NCBI GenBank assembly: GCA_038064895.1
Contig: JBBTSA010000009.1
Span: 13,595 to 77,594 of the forward strand
Source of the DNA: Patescibacteria group bacterium
GTDB taxonomy: Bacteria; Patescibacteriota; Microgenomatia; Daviesbacterales; UBA10151
Length of the DNA stretch: 64,000 bases
Direction of reading: 5' to 3'
The notes beneath the pieces are model-generated. The model made no database searches. It saw only the letters and a list, made by a program, of their open reading frames with translations, and had not been told where the DNA came from. This document shows, piece after piece, positions 9,229-18,103 of this stretch. The number at the start of each line of letters is the position of its first letter. The first letter of the stretch is position 1. A program made the position numbers and the translations under genes.

Positions 9229-9260
9229 TATTCCAGAATGTAATATTCCAAATTGGAATA
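9229..9260. promoter_or_regulatory. putative C-box operator (tandem palindromes)
   Basis: TATTCCAAATTGGAATA (9244-9260) plus degenerate copy TATTCCAGAATGTAATA (9229-9245), 15-bp offset, just upstream of the C gene. Confidence 0.6.
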
Positions 9261-9396
9261 CTTAAAGCTACAAAGTTCTTTAAAATTTTTGCGTTTTTTG
9301 TATTCGCCTGCGGCGAATGTTCGAGCCTCCAGTTTTAAGCTCGGTCGGAATACAGATTAAGGTGGGAAACGAACGTGCGGTTGGTATCCATCTCTG

Positions 9397-9468
9397 TTGC
9401 CGGACTAGGACTCGGACCTAGAATCTTCGCGTCCAGAGCGCGACGATTTACCATTAATCTATCCGGCA
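9397..9468 (-). tRNA. tRNA-Gln(CUG)
   Basis: TGCCGGA acceptor stem, CGCGC-CTG anticodon arm, GGTCCGAGTCC T-arm; CCA not encoded. Confidence 0.92.
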
Positions 9469-9507
9469 GATTAACTTGAAAATTATACTAAATTATAGCT
9501 ATATAAA

Positions 9508-9888
9508 CTAACGAGAGAATTTGCGAAGATGCCAACCAAGTACTGCAGCCCCTACAGAAAATATTCCAACTAAAACCATAGGAGAGCCTGTTGCAGGTAA
9601 TACCTGTACTCCGCCTTTTGTACGATCAACTATTCTCTGATAAGCAGAGCCTGATTGGGATACAGGAGAGGGTAACGGAGTAGGTATAGCTGGTATCACG
9701 GGTGTTGGTGTTGAAGTTGAGATAGGAGATGGTGATAGCGCTGGCGATGGTGTATTTACCGCCACTCTTGTTTGAGATTGAGAAACTTTTGTGCCTGTAA
9801 ATCTTTGTGCCAATAAAAAGTACCCTACTGCCATTGCAGCCAAAACTAACCCAATTATTACGAGCCTAAGCCACTTTCCATCTTCCAT
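9508..9888 (-). CDS. Pro/Ser/Thr-rich surface protein with LPXTG-like C-terminal sorting signal
   Basis: N-terminal TM, PST-rich linker, LPATG + hydrophobic stretch + RKFSR tail. Confidence 0.7.
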   Translation of the reverse strand: MEDGKWLRLVIIGLVLAAMAVGYFLLAQRFTGTKVSQSQTRVAVNTPSPALSPSPISTSTPTPVIPAIPTPLPSPVSQSGSAYQRIVDRTKGGVQVLPATGSPMVLVGIFSVGAAVLGWHLRKFSR

Positions 9889-9901
9889 GGCTCGGATATT
9901 A

Positions 9902-11233
9902 TCATGAACCTATAATTTTTGCAACCTCTTTAATCCTTTTATAGGTCTCCTCTTCTCCTAAAATCTCAATGCATTCAAAAAGCGGTGGTGTAACAGTTTG
10001 GCCGGAAATTGCAACTCTAATTAACTGAAACATTTGAGTATCAGATAATTCAAACCTACCAGCTAGTTCTCTAAAAGCTTTTTCAAATTCATTAGCTTCC
10101 CATGGTTTTTTTAGAGCTTCTAAAGAATTTAGGATTTCTGATAAAACATCACTCAAATTTACATCACTTTTTATTAGCTTTAAAAAAACTTCCTTCTCGT
10201 ACTCTGGTTTCTCCCATAAAAAGTCTGTTAAAGGAATAAAATCAGATAATTTTTTAATTCTTTCTTTAATCAGCGGTATCACCCTTTCTACCTCCGCCTC
10301 TGTTGGACGATCCAAAGCCCCACCAGATAGATCCTTCAGATATTCTAGGATTTGAGTTTTGAGTTTTGAGTTTTGAGTTTTTCTAATGTATTCTCCATTT
10401 AACCAATCCAGTTTTGTTGTATCAAAAATAGGTGAGGCTAAATTAAAATCCTTAAAATCAAAAAGCTGAATCATTTCCTCCAGATCAAAAATTTCCTTTC
10501 CATTTGGATGGGACCATCCTAGAAGAGCCAGAAAATTTAGAACTGCTGCTTTTAAATAGCCATCATCCCTAAATTCCAATGCAGATTTTGCTCCATGTCT
10601 TTTAGACAGCTTTGCTCTGTCAGACCCCACCAAAACCGGAAGATGGGCAAATTGCGGAATACTCCATCCAAAAGCCTGATATATCATCAGATGTTTTGGT
10701 GTAGATGAAATGAACTCATTGCCGCGAATTACATGAGTTATCTCCATTAAATGGTCATCTATAACATTTGCAAAATTATAAGTTGGGTAACCATCTGATT
10801 TTAAAATAATAAAATCTTCCTGAGTGTTGTTTGGAAAACTTATATCTTTACTACCTATCAACTCATGCCAGGAAGTTTCCCCATCCTTTTTAGTCTTAAA
10901 TCTGACTGCACCATCCTCTTTGTATGCCAATCCCTTAGCTAAGAGCTCGTCTGCATGCTTTTTGTAAATATTCAATCTTTCAGATTGGACATATGGACCG
11001 AATGGCCCACCGATATTTGGGCCCTCATCAAAATTTAATTCCAACCAATTTAGGGTTTCATAAATTTGATTAACACTTTCCGGAACATATCTTTCTCTGT
11101 CTGTATCTTCCAATCTTAAGATAAATTTACCATTGTTTTTTTTGGCAAAGACAAAATTAAAAAGTGCTTGCCAAACAGTTCCTATGTGAGGCGCTCCTGT
11201 TGGAGACGGTGCAAGTCTAACCCTAACTTCCAT
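9902..11233 (-). CDS. gltX: glutamate--tRNA ligase
   Basis: RLAPSPTG..HIG, RLEDTD, HVIRG, KLSKR. Confidence 0.96.
   Translation of the reverse strand: MEVRVRLAPSPTGAPHIGTVWQALFNFVFAKKNNGKFILRLEDTDRERYVPESVNQIYETLNWLELNFDEGPNIGGPFGPYVQSERLNIYKKHADELLAKGLAYKEDGAVRFKTKKDGETSWHELIGSKDISFPNNTQEDFIILKSDGYPTYNFANVIDDHLMEITHVIRGNEFISSTPKHLMIYQAFGWSIPQFAHLPVLVGSDRAKLSKRHGAKSALEFRDDGYLKAAVLNFLALLGWSHPNGKEIFDLEEMIQLFDFKDFNLASPIFDTTKLDWLNGEYIRKTQNSKLKTQILEYLKDLSGGALDRPTEAEVERVIPLIKERIKKLSDFIPLTDFLWEKPEYEKEVFLKLIKSDVNLSDVLSEILNSLEALKKPWEANEFEKAFRELAGRFELSDTQMFQLIRVAISGQTVTPPLFECIEILGEEETYKRIKEVAKIIGS
10351..10380. repeat. heptamer tandem repeat (TTTGAGT)x4 in frame in gltX
   Basis: encodes KTQNSKLKTQ. 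Confidence 0.85.
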
Positions 11234-11341
11234 GCCCTAATTATAACAGTTATAATGCTTCGAAGAAGAATTAACAGGTTCTGCGAGCACGAGCTATAAT
11301 ATTTCATTGCGAAGTGCAAAGCAGGTTCTTATAATGATTAT

Positions 11342-12352
11342 ATGACCTTAACCCAAACAGCTATTATCACAAAACAAATTATTAACTTTATTGCAGTTAC
11401 CTTAATTTTAGGAACCATCTTCTTTATAGGCTACAGAATTTGGTATACACATTATCTTTCGACCCTGCCGCCTGTTGAGGAAAAACCGGATACAAAATTT
11501 GGAATTTTGCCTCTTGTGAACTTCCCAAAATCTCAAGTTTCTTCGTCAAACTTTTCTTACAGTTTAGATACTGCAACAGGAGGACTCCCAAAAATCGGAC
11601 AAGATCCGGGTTTTGAAAAATTAATCAAAGTTTATTTTGTTATAAAACCTTATGCTACTTTTTTATCCCCTGATAAAAGTCAGGCTTTGGCTGAAAAATT
11701 CGGTATTAATGCTGAACCTGAAATTATAAATGAAACTATCTATAGCTTTGAGCAGGAGAATAAACACCTGACTGTAGATTTGGATAGCGGTAACTTTAAA
11801 TACTCTAACGAAGCTTCACCTTCTTCGGAAGAAAAGTTTGATACTCAAGAGAGCCTGATTTCAAATTTTAAACATACCCTTGAATCTCTGGGTGTCTTAA
11901 AGGAAGAGTTAAAAGAGGGAAGGGCAAAGGTAACTACCAAAGGAAGTGATTCTAACACATCTGTTGTTTCTCTATGGCCTAAAGATTTGGACAAAAAAAT
12001 CCTGTTTAGCTCTGATACTGATAAATCACAAATTTACGCAGAAGTTTTTTCGCAAGGTAGAAGTTTAGAAAATTATCTACTGATTAACTTCACATTCTAT
12101 CAGATAGATACATCCACATTTGCAACATACCCTACAAAAACTCCGGAAGAAGCTCTTGATGACTTAAAATCCGGAAAAGGTGTAGTTATTCTTGAACCCC
12201 AAAATCCAAAAGTATCAATCACTTCTTTATCTCTAGATTACTTCTTACCGGAAGATTATAATCCTTATATTCAACCAATTTACATATTTGAAGGACCAAG
12301 CTTTATGGCTTATATTCCAGCCGTAAGCAGTCAGTTCCAAAAACAGGATTAA
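11342..12352 (+). CDS. membrane-anchored hypothetical protein
   Basis: single N-terminal TM; C-terminal YIQPIYIF..AYIPAV. Confidence 0.75.
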   Translation: MTLTQTAIITKQIINFIAVTLILGTIFFIGYRIWYTHYLSTLPPVEEKPDTKFGILPLVNFPKSQVSSSNFSYSLDTATGGLPKIGQDPGFEKLIKVYFVIKPYATFLSPDKSQALAEKFGINAEPEIINETIYSFEQENKHLTVDLDSGNFKYSNEASPSSEEKFDTQESLISNFKHTLESLGVLKEELKEGRAKVTTKGSDSNTSVVSLWPKDLDKKILFSSDTDKSQIYAEVFSQGRSLENYLLINFTFYQIDTSTFATYPTKTPEEALDDLKSGKGVVILEPQNPKVSITSLSLDYFLPEDYNPYIQPIYIFEGPSFMAYIPAVSSQFQKQD

Positions 12353-13266
12353 TTAAACCACTCAAAATTGCTGTATGTCCATTCGATAAGTTTTTTAGTC
12401 TCTAAAAATCTGTCATCTGATCCAAAGAGCACTATTAAAACTCTCTTTCCATTCCGCTCAACAAGTGTGATTAAATTCTCTTTAGCTTGAGGGGTTGTTC
12501 CTGTTTTTACTCCCAATACTCCTGTTACTTGTGTAAGCAACTTGTTTAAATTATAAAGCTTGTGTTTAAATTTTTTGTCCAGTGAAACAATATCAGTTTC
12601 TTTGGTCTGGAAAATTCTTGAAAGTATCGAATCCTTCAATGCCTCTTCTGTAATTTTGCTCAAATCTCTTGCTGTTGAAAAATGTTTAGGACTGTCAAAC
12701 CCTGCAGGGTTGTCAAAATGAGTGTTTTCCAAATTTATAAGACTAGCCTTTCTATTCATTTGCGAAACAAAGCCTGGTATTCCTCCGGGGAAATTCTCGG
12801 CTATTGTATATGCCGCATCATTACCTGATGATAAAAGCATACCATACAGTAGTGACCGAAAGCTTAAATCCTCACCGCTAAAAAGACCTACGCTTGCTCC
12901 GGGGATTTTTGCACCGTCCTTAACAGTCAAAATAGAATTTTGTTTGAAATACTCTGCTCCAACTATTGCAGTCATTATCTTTGTTGTGGATGCAGTAGGT
13001 AGGGGTAGGTTTGCATCCTTTTGGAAAAGTATGGTATCGGTTGAAAGATCTTTAATAAAGACTGCTCTGGCAGAAAAATAAGGAGGAGGTAAGTTTTTAC
13101 TTATCGGGGGAATATTATATTTTTGAATCCCTAAAGTTTTTGAATTGTTTTGAGGAATCTGAAATGCAATAAAATATTCTTCAGTTCTTTCAGTTAAAAA
13201 AGGTATGAAAGTAATAACTAATATGGCAAGTAAGATTAAACTGGCTGAATATAAGTAGTACCTCAT
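12349..13266 (-). CDS. D-alanyl-D-alanine carboxypeptidase (peptidase S11)
   Basis: STTK, SGN and KTG motifs; NPAGFD. Confidence 0.92.
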   Translation of the reverse strand: MRYYLYSASLILLAILVITFIPFLTERTEEYFIAFQIPQNNSKTLGIQKYNIPPISKNLPPPYFSARAVFIKDLSTDTILFQKDANLPLPTASTTKIMTAIVGAEYFKQNSILTVKDGAKIPGASVGLFSGEDLSFRSLLYGMLLSSGNDAAYTIAENFPGGIPGFVSQMNRKASLINLENTHFDNPAGFDSPKHFSTARDLSKITEEALKDSILSRIFQTKETDIVSLDKKFKHKLYNLNKLLTQVTGVLGVKTGTTPQAKENLITLVERNGKRVLIVLFGSDDRFLETKKLIEWTYSNFEWFN

Positions 13267-14597
13267 TTCCCCAGCCTCACATCTACTCTTTCCATATCCC
13301 TTGGGAAAAGAGATGCTTCTCTAATATTAGACAAGCCCAGGATGTGCATTGTCATTCTTTCCAAACCAAAAGAAAATCCACCTTCCGGAGGCATTCCAAA
13401 TTTAAATGCTTGTAAATACATCTCAAAATTTTTAGGATCCATACCCCTATTTTTTATGGTGTCCACCAATTCTTGATAATTATTAATTCTTTGACTACCA
13501 CTCATAATCTCCAATCCTCTAAATAAAAGGTCATAACTTAATGACACTTCGGGATTTTTTGGATCCGGCATTGTATAAAAAGCTCTTTTTGCAGTTGGAA
13601 AATGGGTAATGGTAACAAAATCACTACTGTATTTTTCCTTCGCCCATTTGCAAATATCAACCTCATCTTGGGGAGTTAAATCCTTTTCTTTTCTATTATC
13701 ACGCCCAAATTCTTTAAGGATTATTTCCTGTGCTTCTTGTAAAGTTAGTCTGGGTATTTTACCAGCAACTATTTTTTCCAACCCCCATATTCTTAGAATA
13801 TCTGCACATTTATCTTCTGCAAACTTTAGTGTCTCGCTCCCAACTTTCTCTAAAAGGTCCAAAAGCTCTTCAAAATCCACAAATCCAAATTCACAGTCAA
13901 GTTGCGTAGAAACTGCCAAATGTCTTGTGGTGACTGAAGGTTCAGCCCTGTATGCATGGGCTATAGTAAAAACTCTTTCATATACGGGAACTAGCATTTG
14001 TTTATAAAGTTGAGGGCTTTGTGTAAGAAATGCTTTGTTGTCAAAATAATCAACCGGAAAAACCTCTGCACCTCCTTCTGTTGCAGATGCGGCAATCTCC
14101 GGAACAACAATTTCAACACAATCCAAATCTTTGGCTATTTTCCTAAAGCCTTCTAAAATGGCGGATTGGACTTTAAATATATCCTTAATCTTTGGATGTC
14201 TTAAAGTTAAGGAACGCCAGTCCAAAAGAGTAGGCAGCTGTAATTCTAAATCCTTACCTCCCATATCAAATGGCAACTCTGCTGCTTTTGATAAAACCTC
14301 AATATCTTTGACTGAAATTTCTATTTCACCTGTTGGAATATTTTTATTTACCAGATTTTCAGGTCTTTTATTAACTGTTCCTGTTATACATACTACAGCT
14401 TGAGGGTGTAAAGCTAACACACCCCCGGGGTGTGTTACGTTCACACCTTGGGATACTACAACTTGGATTAATCCAGTTCTATCTAAAACATCCAAAAATA
14501 AAATTTTCCCATGATCCCTTCTTGTTTGAACCCATCCACAGATCTTAACAGTCTCTCCTACTTTTTTTGTGCAATTTAAAATTAGTGTTCTTATCAC
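13263..14597 (-). CDS. aspS: aspartate--tRNA ligase (short archaeal/non-discriminating type)
   Basis: OB fold GWV..RDHG, QSPQLYKQ, YRAE..TTRHL, GMPPEGGFSFGLER; no GAD insert. Confidence 0.88.
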   Translation of the reverse strand: MIRTLILNCTKKVGETVKICGWVQTRRDHGKILFLDVLDRTGLIQVVVSQGVNVTHPGGVLALHPQAVVCITGTVNKRPENLVNKNIPTGEIEISVKDIEVLSKAAELPFDMGGKDLELQLPTLLDWRSLTLRHPKIKDIFKVQSAILEGFRKIAKDLDCVEIVVPEIAASATEGGAEVFPVDYFDNKAFLTQSPQLYKQMLVPVYERVFTIAHAYRAEPSVTTRHLAVSTQLDCEFGFVDFEELLDLLEKVGSETLKFAEDKCADILRIWGLEKIVAGKIPRLTLQEAQEIILKEFGRDNRKEKDLTPQDEVDICKWAKEKYSSDFVTITHFPTAKRAFYTMPDPKNPEVSLSYDLLFRGLEIMSGSQRINNYQELVDTIKNRGMDPKNFEMYLQAFKFGMPPEGGFSFGLERMTMHILGLSNIREASLFPRDMERVDVRLGK

Positions 14598-14629
14598 CTT
14601 GTTAGCATAATAGCAGCTTTAGAGAATAG

Positions 14630-14767
14630 TTGACAAGATCAGAAATATTTGGTAAATTTACAAAAGTATGATGCAAAAACCAAAAAGAAATTTCAGTTTC
14701 TTTTTTACCTTCGCTTAAGCGGAGGTTGGTTTTTGTGGCCTCCGACTAGTTAAAGCGGAGGTTTTTT
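14630..14767 (+). promoter_or_regulatory. promoter plus Phe-leader transcription attenuator
   Basis: TTGACA-N17-TAAATT; leader ORF; 1:2 stem ACCTTCGC/GCGGAGGT, 2:3 CGGAGG/CCTCCG, 3:4 CCTCCG/CGGAGG followed by T6. Confidence 0.8.
14668..14718 (+). CDS. Phe-rich leader peptide MMQKPKRNFSFFFTFA
   Basis: 5 Phe codons within 7 consecutive codons, overlapping segment 1 of the attenuator. Confidence 0.75.
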   Translation: MMQKPKRNFSFFFTFA

Positions 14768-14799
14768 AGTGCTTAAAAGAAAGGAAGGTGAATAATATC

Positions 14800-14976
14800 A
14801 TGAGCGAAAGAATGGAAAAAGTTATACCAGGTATAGCAAGACTTGTTCAAATTGAGCAAATAATTAGATCTAGCAAGAAAGTCTTAGATTCTAGACTTCT
14901 AACTGCTGGGCTAAAACCTAATGAAGTTCTAGACGTTAAAGCCGATGCCGGTCTTAGAAGAATTCGAGTTTGGTAA
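14800..14976 (+). CDS. small hypothetical protein (58 aa) downstream of Phe attenuator
   Basis: SD AAGGAAGGTG 9 nt upstream of ATG 14800; track start is GTG 14788. Confidence 0.65.
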   Translation: MSERMEKVIPGIARLVQIEQIIRSSKKVLDSRLLTAGLKPNEVLDVKADAGLRRIRVW

Positions 14977-14977
14977 T

Positions 14978-15006
14978 TTGACAAAAGGCTAAACTGCCCT
15001 TATAAT
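14978..15006 (+). promoter_or_regulatory. consensus sigma70 promoter
   Basis: perfect TTGACA-N17-TATAAT. Confidence 0.7.
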
Positions 15007-15119
15007 TTAAATGGTATGTCAAAAGCCTAGTATTCCATATATTCGGCTATTGGAGGCCTGTTTCGGAGATCACCGAATTGCATCAGGTCAAAAAGCTATT
15101 AACCAATCCGGATTCAGAC

Positions 15120-16694
15120 TTAGGTTCTAATATCCCTGACCTTAAGTTGCAGTTTTTCAAAACCATTGTAGTCATCTATATCAATAGTATAGACCAGATC
15201 AACTGGCTGATCATTTTGTAGCATATTCAAAAGCTCCCCCATTCCAAAAGCAATAGAATCTATCCCATCTGCTCTAAATTTTAAATGCTTCCCCTGTCCT
15301 ACTGTCCTTATATCAGAAATTTGCATTCCATATGTTGCAAAAATTGGCCTAGGATTTCCAAAACCAAACGGCTCAAATTTTTGCAGATCCTCTACCAGTT
15401 TTTTTGTTAACTCCGAAGTAGAAACTTCTGCATCAATCTCCAAAACTTGTTCCATATCTAATATTTCAATCTTCATGCTTTCCATTCTTTTTTTAAATAC
15501 TTTCACATGTTTAGTCGAAATAGAAAATCCTGCAGCTCCCGGATGCCCCCCAACATCAACCAATATATCTGAATGCTTTCTAATAAGCTCTACAATGTTT
15601 ATTCCGCCAATTGATCTTGCTGAACCTTTGGAAACTTCCTTACCAAGAGAAATTGCAATGGCAGGTCTGCTAAACTCATCCGTAATCCTTCCTGCCACCA
15701 GTCCTATTATTCCCTGATTCCACTCTTTGTGTACTAAAACATGAATACTATTTTTTTTATCTACTTGTATCCTGGCAGAATCTATGGCTTCTACAGTTTG
15801 CTTTTGTCTTTCTATATTAGTATCAGCTAAAAGTCTTGCTAACCTTTTAGCTTTAATAGGATCTTTTGTACAAAGAAGTCTTAAAGAATCTATAGCATGT
15901 TCCAGCCTTCCCATGGCATTAAGTCTTGGACCTAAAATATGTCCTATTTCATAGGATGCAATATTACCAAGTCTTATCCCTGATTCATTTATTAATGAAA
16001 TTAAACCTATGTTATCTGTTTGATTTAAAATTTTTAGTCCTTCTGAAACATATGCCCTTCCTAGACCAACAAGTGGTAAAAGGTCACAAACAGTGGCAAT
16101 TGCAACAAATTGCAATAAATCATGAGCTAAATCTTTTTTAATAAGTCCACGTACTAAACACCAAGCAACTGCAGCCCCACACATTTTTGTGCAGTGAACT
16201 ATCTCATAGGCATCAGGCTTTATATCTTGCGGAAGGTGATGATCTGTAATTATTAAATCTAAACCAATTCCTTTGGCAAATTTTGCCTGTTCTAACGCTA
16301 CAATGCCATTGTCTACAGTTATCACAAGAGTGGCTCCAGAATCCCTGGCGAATTCTAAGCCTAATTTTGACAACCCATACCCTTCTTTTTCCCTATGTGG
16401 AATATAGGGCAAAACTTTTGCACCAACTGATGTAAGAGCTTTATATAAAATAGCACAGCCGCAAATTCCATCCACATCATAATCTCCATAAACTATGATT
16501 AATTCATTATTTTTAATAGCTTCCAAAATTCTTACCTTGGCTTTTTCAATACCAGGAATATTTAAATCTTTCTCATAATTAGAAATTTTAGGATTAAAAA
16601 ATTGTTCTTTTGCTTGAGAAGTTTTTAGGCCTCGATTTATAAGTAGCTGTTCAACTAGATCTGCGTTCTCTTTTGGTAGTATCTTCCACTTCAT
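15120..16694 (-). CDS. recJ: single-stranded-DNA exonuclease RecJ
   Basis: GDYDVDG, TVDNG, TDHH, PRLNAMGRL, GSARS, GGHPGAAG, PFGFGNP. Confidence 0.96.
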   Translation of the reverse strand: MKWKILPKENADLVEQLLINRGLKTSQAKEQFFNPKISNYEKDLNIPGIEKAKVRILEAIKNNELIIVYGDYDVDGICGCAILYKALTSVGAKVLPYIPHREKEGYGLSKLGLEFARDSGATLVITVDNGIVALEQAKFAKGIGLDLIITDHHLPQDIKPDAYEIVHCTKMCGAAVAWCLVRGLIKKDLAHDLLQFVAIATVCDLLPLVGLGRAYVSEGLKILNQTDNIGLISLINESGIRLGNIASYEIGHILGPRLNAMGRLEHAIDSLRLLCTKDPIKAKRLARLLADTNIERQKQTVEAIDSARIQVDKKNSIHVLVHKEWNQGIIGLVAGRITDEFSRPAIAISLGKEVSKGSARSIGGINIVELIRKHSDILVDVGGHPGAAGFSISTKHVKVFKKRMESMKIEILDMEQVLEIDAEVSTSELTKKLVEDLQKFEPFGFGNPRPIFATYGMQISDIRTVGQGKHLKFRADGIDSIAFGMGELLNMLQNDQPVDLVYTIDIDDYNGFEKLQLKVRDIRT

Positions 16695-16711
16695 TGGGGT
16701 AAAATTACAAT

Positions 16712-18103
16712 ATGAAGAATTATACACTACCAGAAGAAGTGCAGAAAATTTTAGATAAGTTTAGAAATAAAAAATTCCAAATTTATATTGTGGGAGGGGC
16801 TGTCCGTGATTTATTAATGGGTAAAAAAGTTTCTGACTGGGATTTTACAACAGATGCCAAACCAGAAGAAATCTTAAAACTTTTTCCGAATGCATTTTAT
16901 GACAATAAATTTGGCACCGTTGGAATCCCTATGGCACACCTCGGAGGTGGATTAATGGAAATCACCACTATGAGAAAAGAGGGTGAATACAAAGATTTCC
17001 GCCATCCTGAAAAAGTTGGTTGGACAAATAAAATTGAAGAAGATTTAGCTCGCCGTGATTTTACAGTAAATGCCATTGCCATGAGGTTACACCTTCCAGG
17101 TGAAGCTAAGCAGCCATCTGAATCACACCTGGAAGGTGACGTTGAAATCGTGGATCCATATCATGGGCAAGATGATATTAAGGAAAAAAAGATAAGGGCA
17201 GTGGGAGATCCAACAAAGCGCTTCCAAGAAGATGCTTTAAGGCTTATTAGGACTATCAGATTTTCAGCACAACTGGGATTTGAAATAGATGAAAAAACTT
17301 TTAAGGCACTTAAAGAAAATGCCAATTTAATAAAACAAATTGCATGGGAAAGGATTAGGGATGAACTATTTAAAATACTTGAATCCGAGAATGCTTATGA
17401 TGGAATAGTAAAACTTAGAGAGACAAGGTTATTACAAATTATTCTACCAGAACTTGAAGCATGTTTTGGAATTGTTCAAGAAGGCCCAAAACATGATAGG
17501 ACCTATGATATAGGAGAACACTCCCTCCTAGCTCTTAAACATACACCATCCACTGATCCATTAGTGAGATTTGCAACCCTTTTACATGATGTTGGAAAAC
17601 CCGATACAGTCTCAACTTCAGATGATAAAAATGTAACCTTTTATAATCATGATCTGGTTGGTGGGCAAGTTATTCTTAAGATTGCCAAAAGATTTAATTT
17701 ATCAAAAAAGCAAACTGATAAACTTTATAAACTTGTAAGATGGCATATGTTTACAGTTTCTGAAGACCAAACAGATTCTGCTATAAGAAGGTTTATTAAA
17801 AATGTAGGATTGGAAAATATTGAAGATATGATGGCTTTAAGAGTTGGTGATAGACTTGGTGGTGGCACTCCAACTGAAACCTCTTGGAGAATAGAAAAGT
17901 TTAAAGAGAGAATAAAACAAGTCTTAAAGAAACCTTTTTCTATTTCTGATTTAAAAATAAATGGTAATGATGTTATGAATATACTCGGTATAAAGCCAGG
18001 ACCTAAGGTAGGTGAAATTTTGGAAAAGTTGTTCCAGGAAGTACTTGAAGATTCTAGTAAAAATAAAAAAGAGTATCTTATAAAAAGAATAAGGGATCTA
18101 TGA
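16712..18103 (+). CDS. cca: CCA tRNA nucleotidyltransferase with HD domain
   Basis: VGGAVRD, DWD, DLARRDFTVNA, EDALR, LLHDVGK. Confidence 0.92.
   Translation: MKNYTLPEEVQKILDKFRNKKFQIYIVGGAVRDLLMGKKVSDWDFTTDAKPEEILKLFPNAFYDNKFGTVGIPMAHLGGGLMEITTMRKEGEYKDFRHPEKVGWTNKIEEDLARRDFTVNAIAMRLHLPGEAKQPSESHLEGDVEIVDPYHGQDDIKEKKIRAVGDPTKRFQEDALRLIRTIRFSAQLGFEIDEKTFKALKENANLIKQIAWERIRDELFKILESENAYDGIVKLRETRLLQIILPELEACFGIVQEGPKHDRTYDIGEHSLLALKHTPSTDPLVRFATLLHDVGKPDTVSTSDDKNVTFYNHDLVGGQVILKIAKRFNLSKKQTDKLYKLVRWHMFTVSEDQTDSAIRRFIKNVGLENIEDMMALRVGDRLGGGTPTETSWRIEKFKERIKQVLKKPFSISDLKINGNDVMNILGIKPGPKVGEILEKLFQEVLEDSSKNKKEYLIKRIRDL

Noticed and set aside
9270-9420. remnant of a recombinase 3' end or att site reading into tRNA-Gln
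   Set aside because: The plus frame gives ...LLPD*DSDL, reminiscent of tRNA-targeting recombinase tails, but it is interrupted by stops; no integrase or second att copy is visible in the window.
11260-11341. structured RNA between gltX and the divergent gene
   Set aside because: Only short repeats (CAGGTTCT twice) and a degenerate REP-like fragment; no convincing fold or T-box motif.
15011-15119. SRP RNA or 6S RNA
   Set aside because: Lacks the SRP helix-8 CAGG..GGAA..AGCAG signature and is too short for 6S; kept only as an unidentified transcript.
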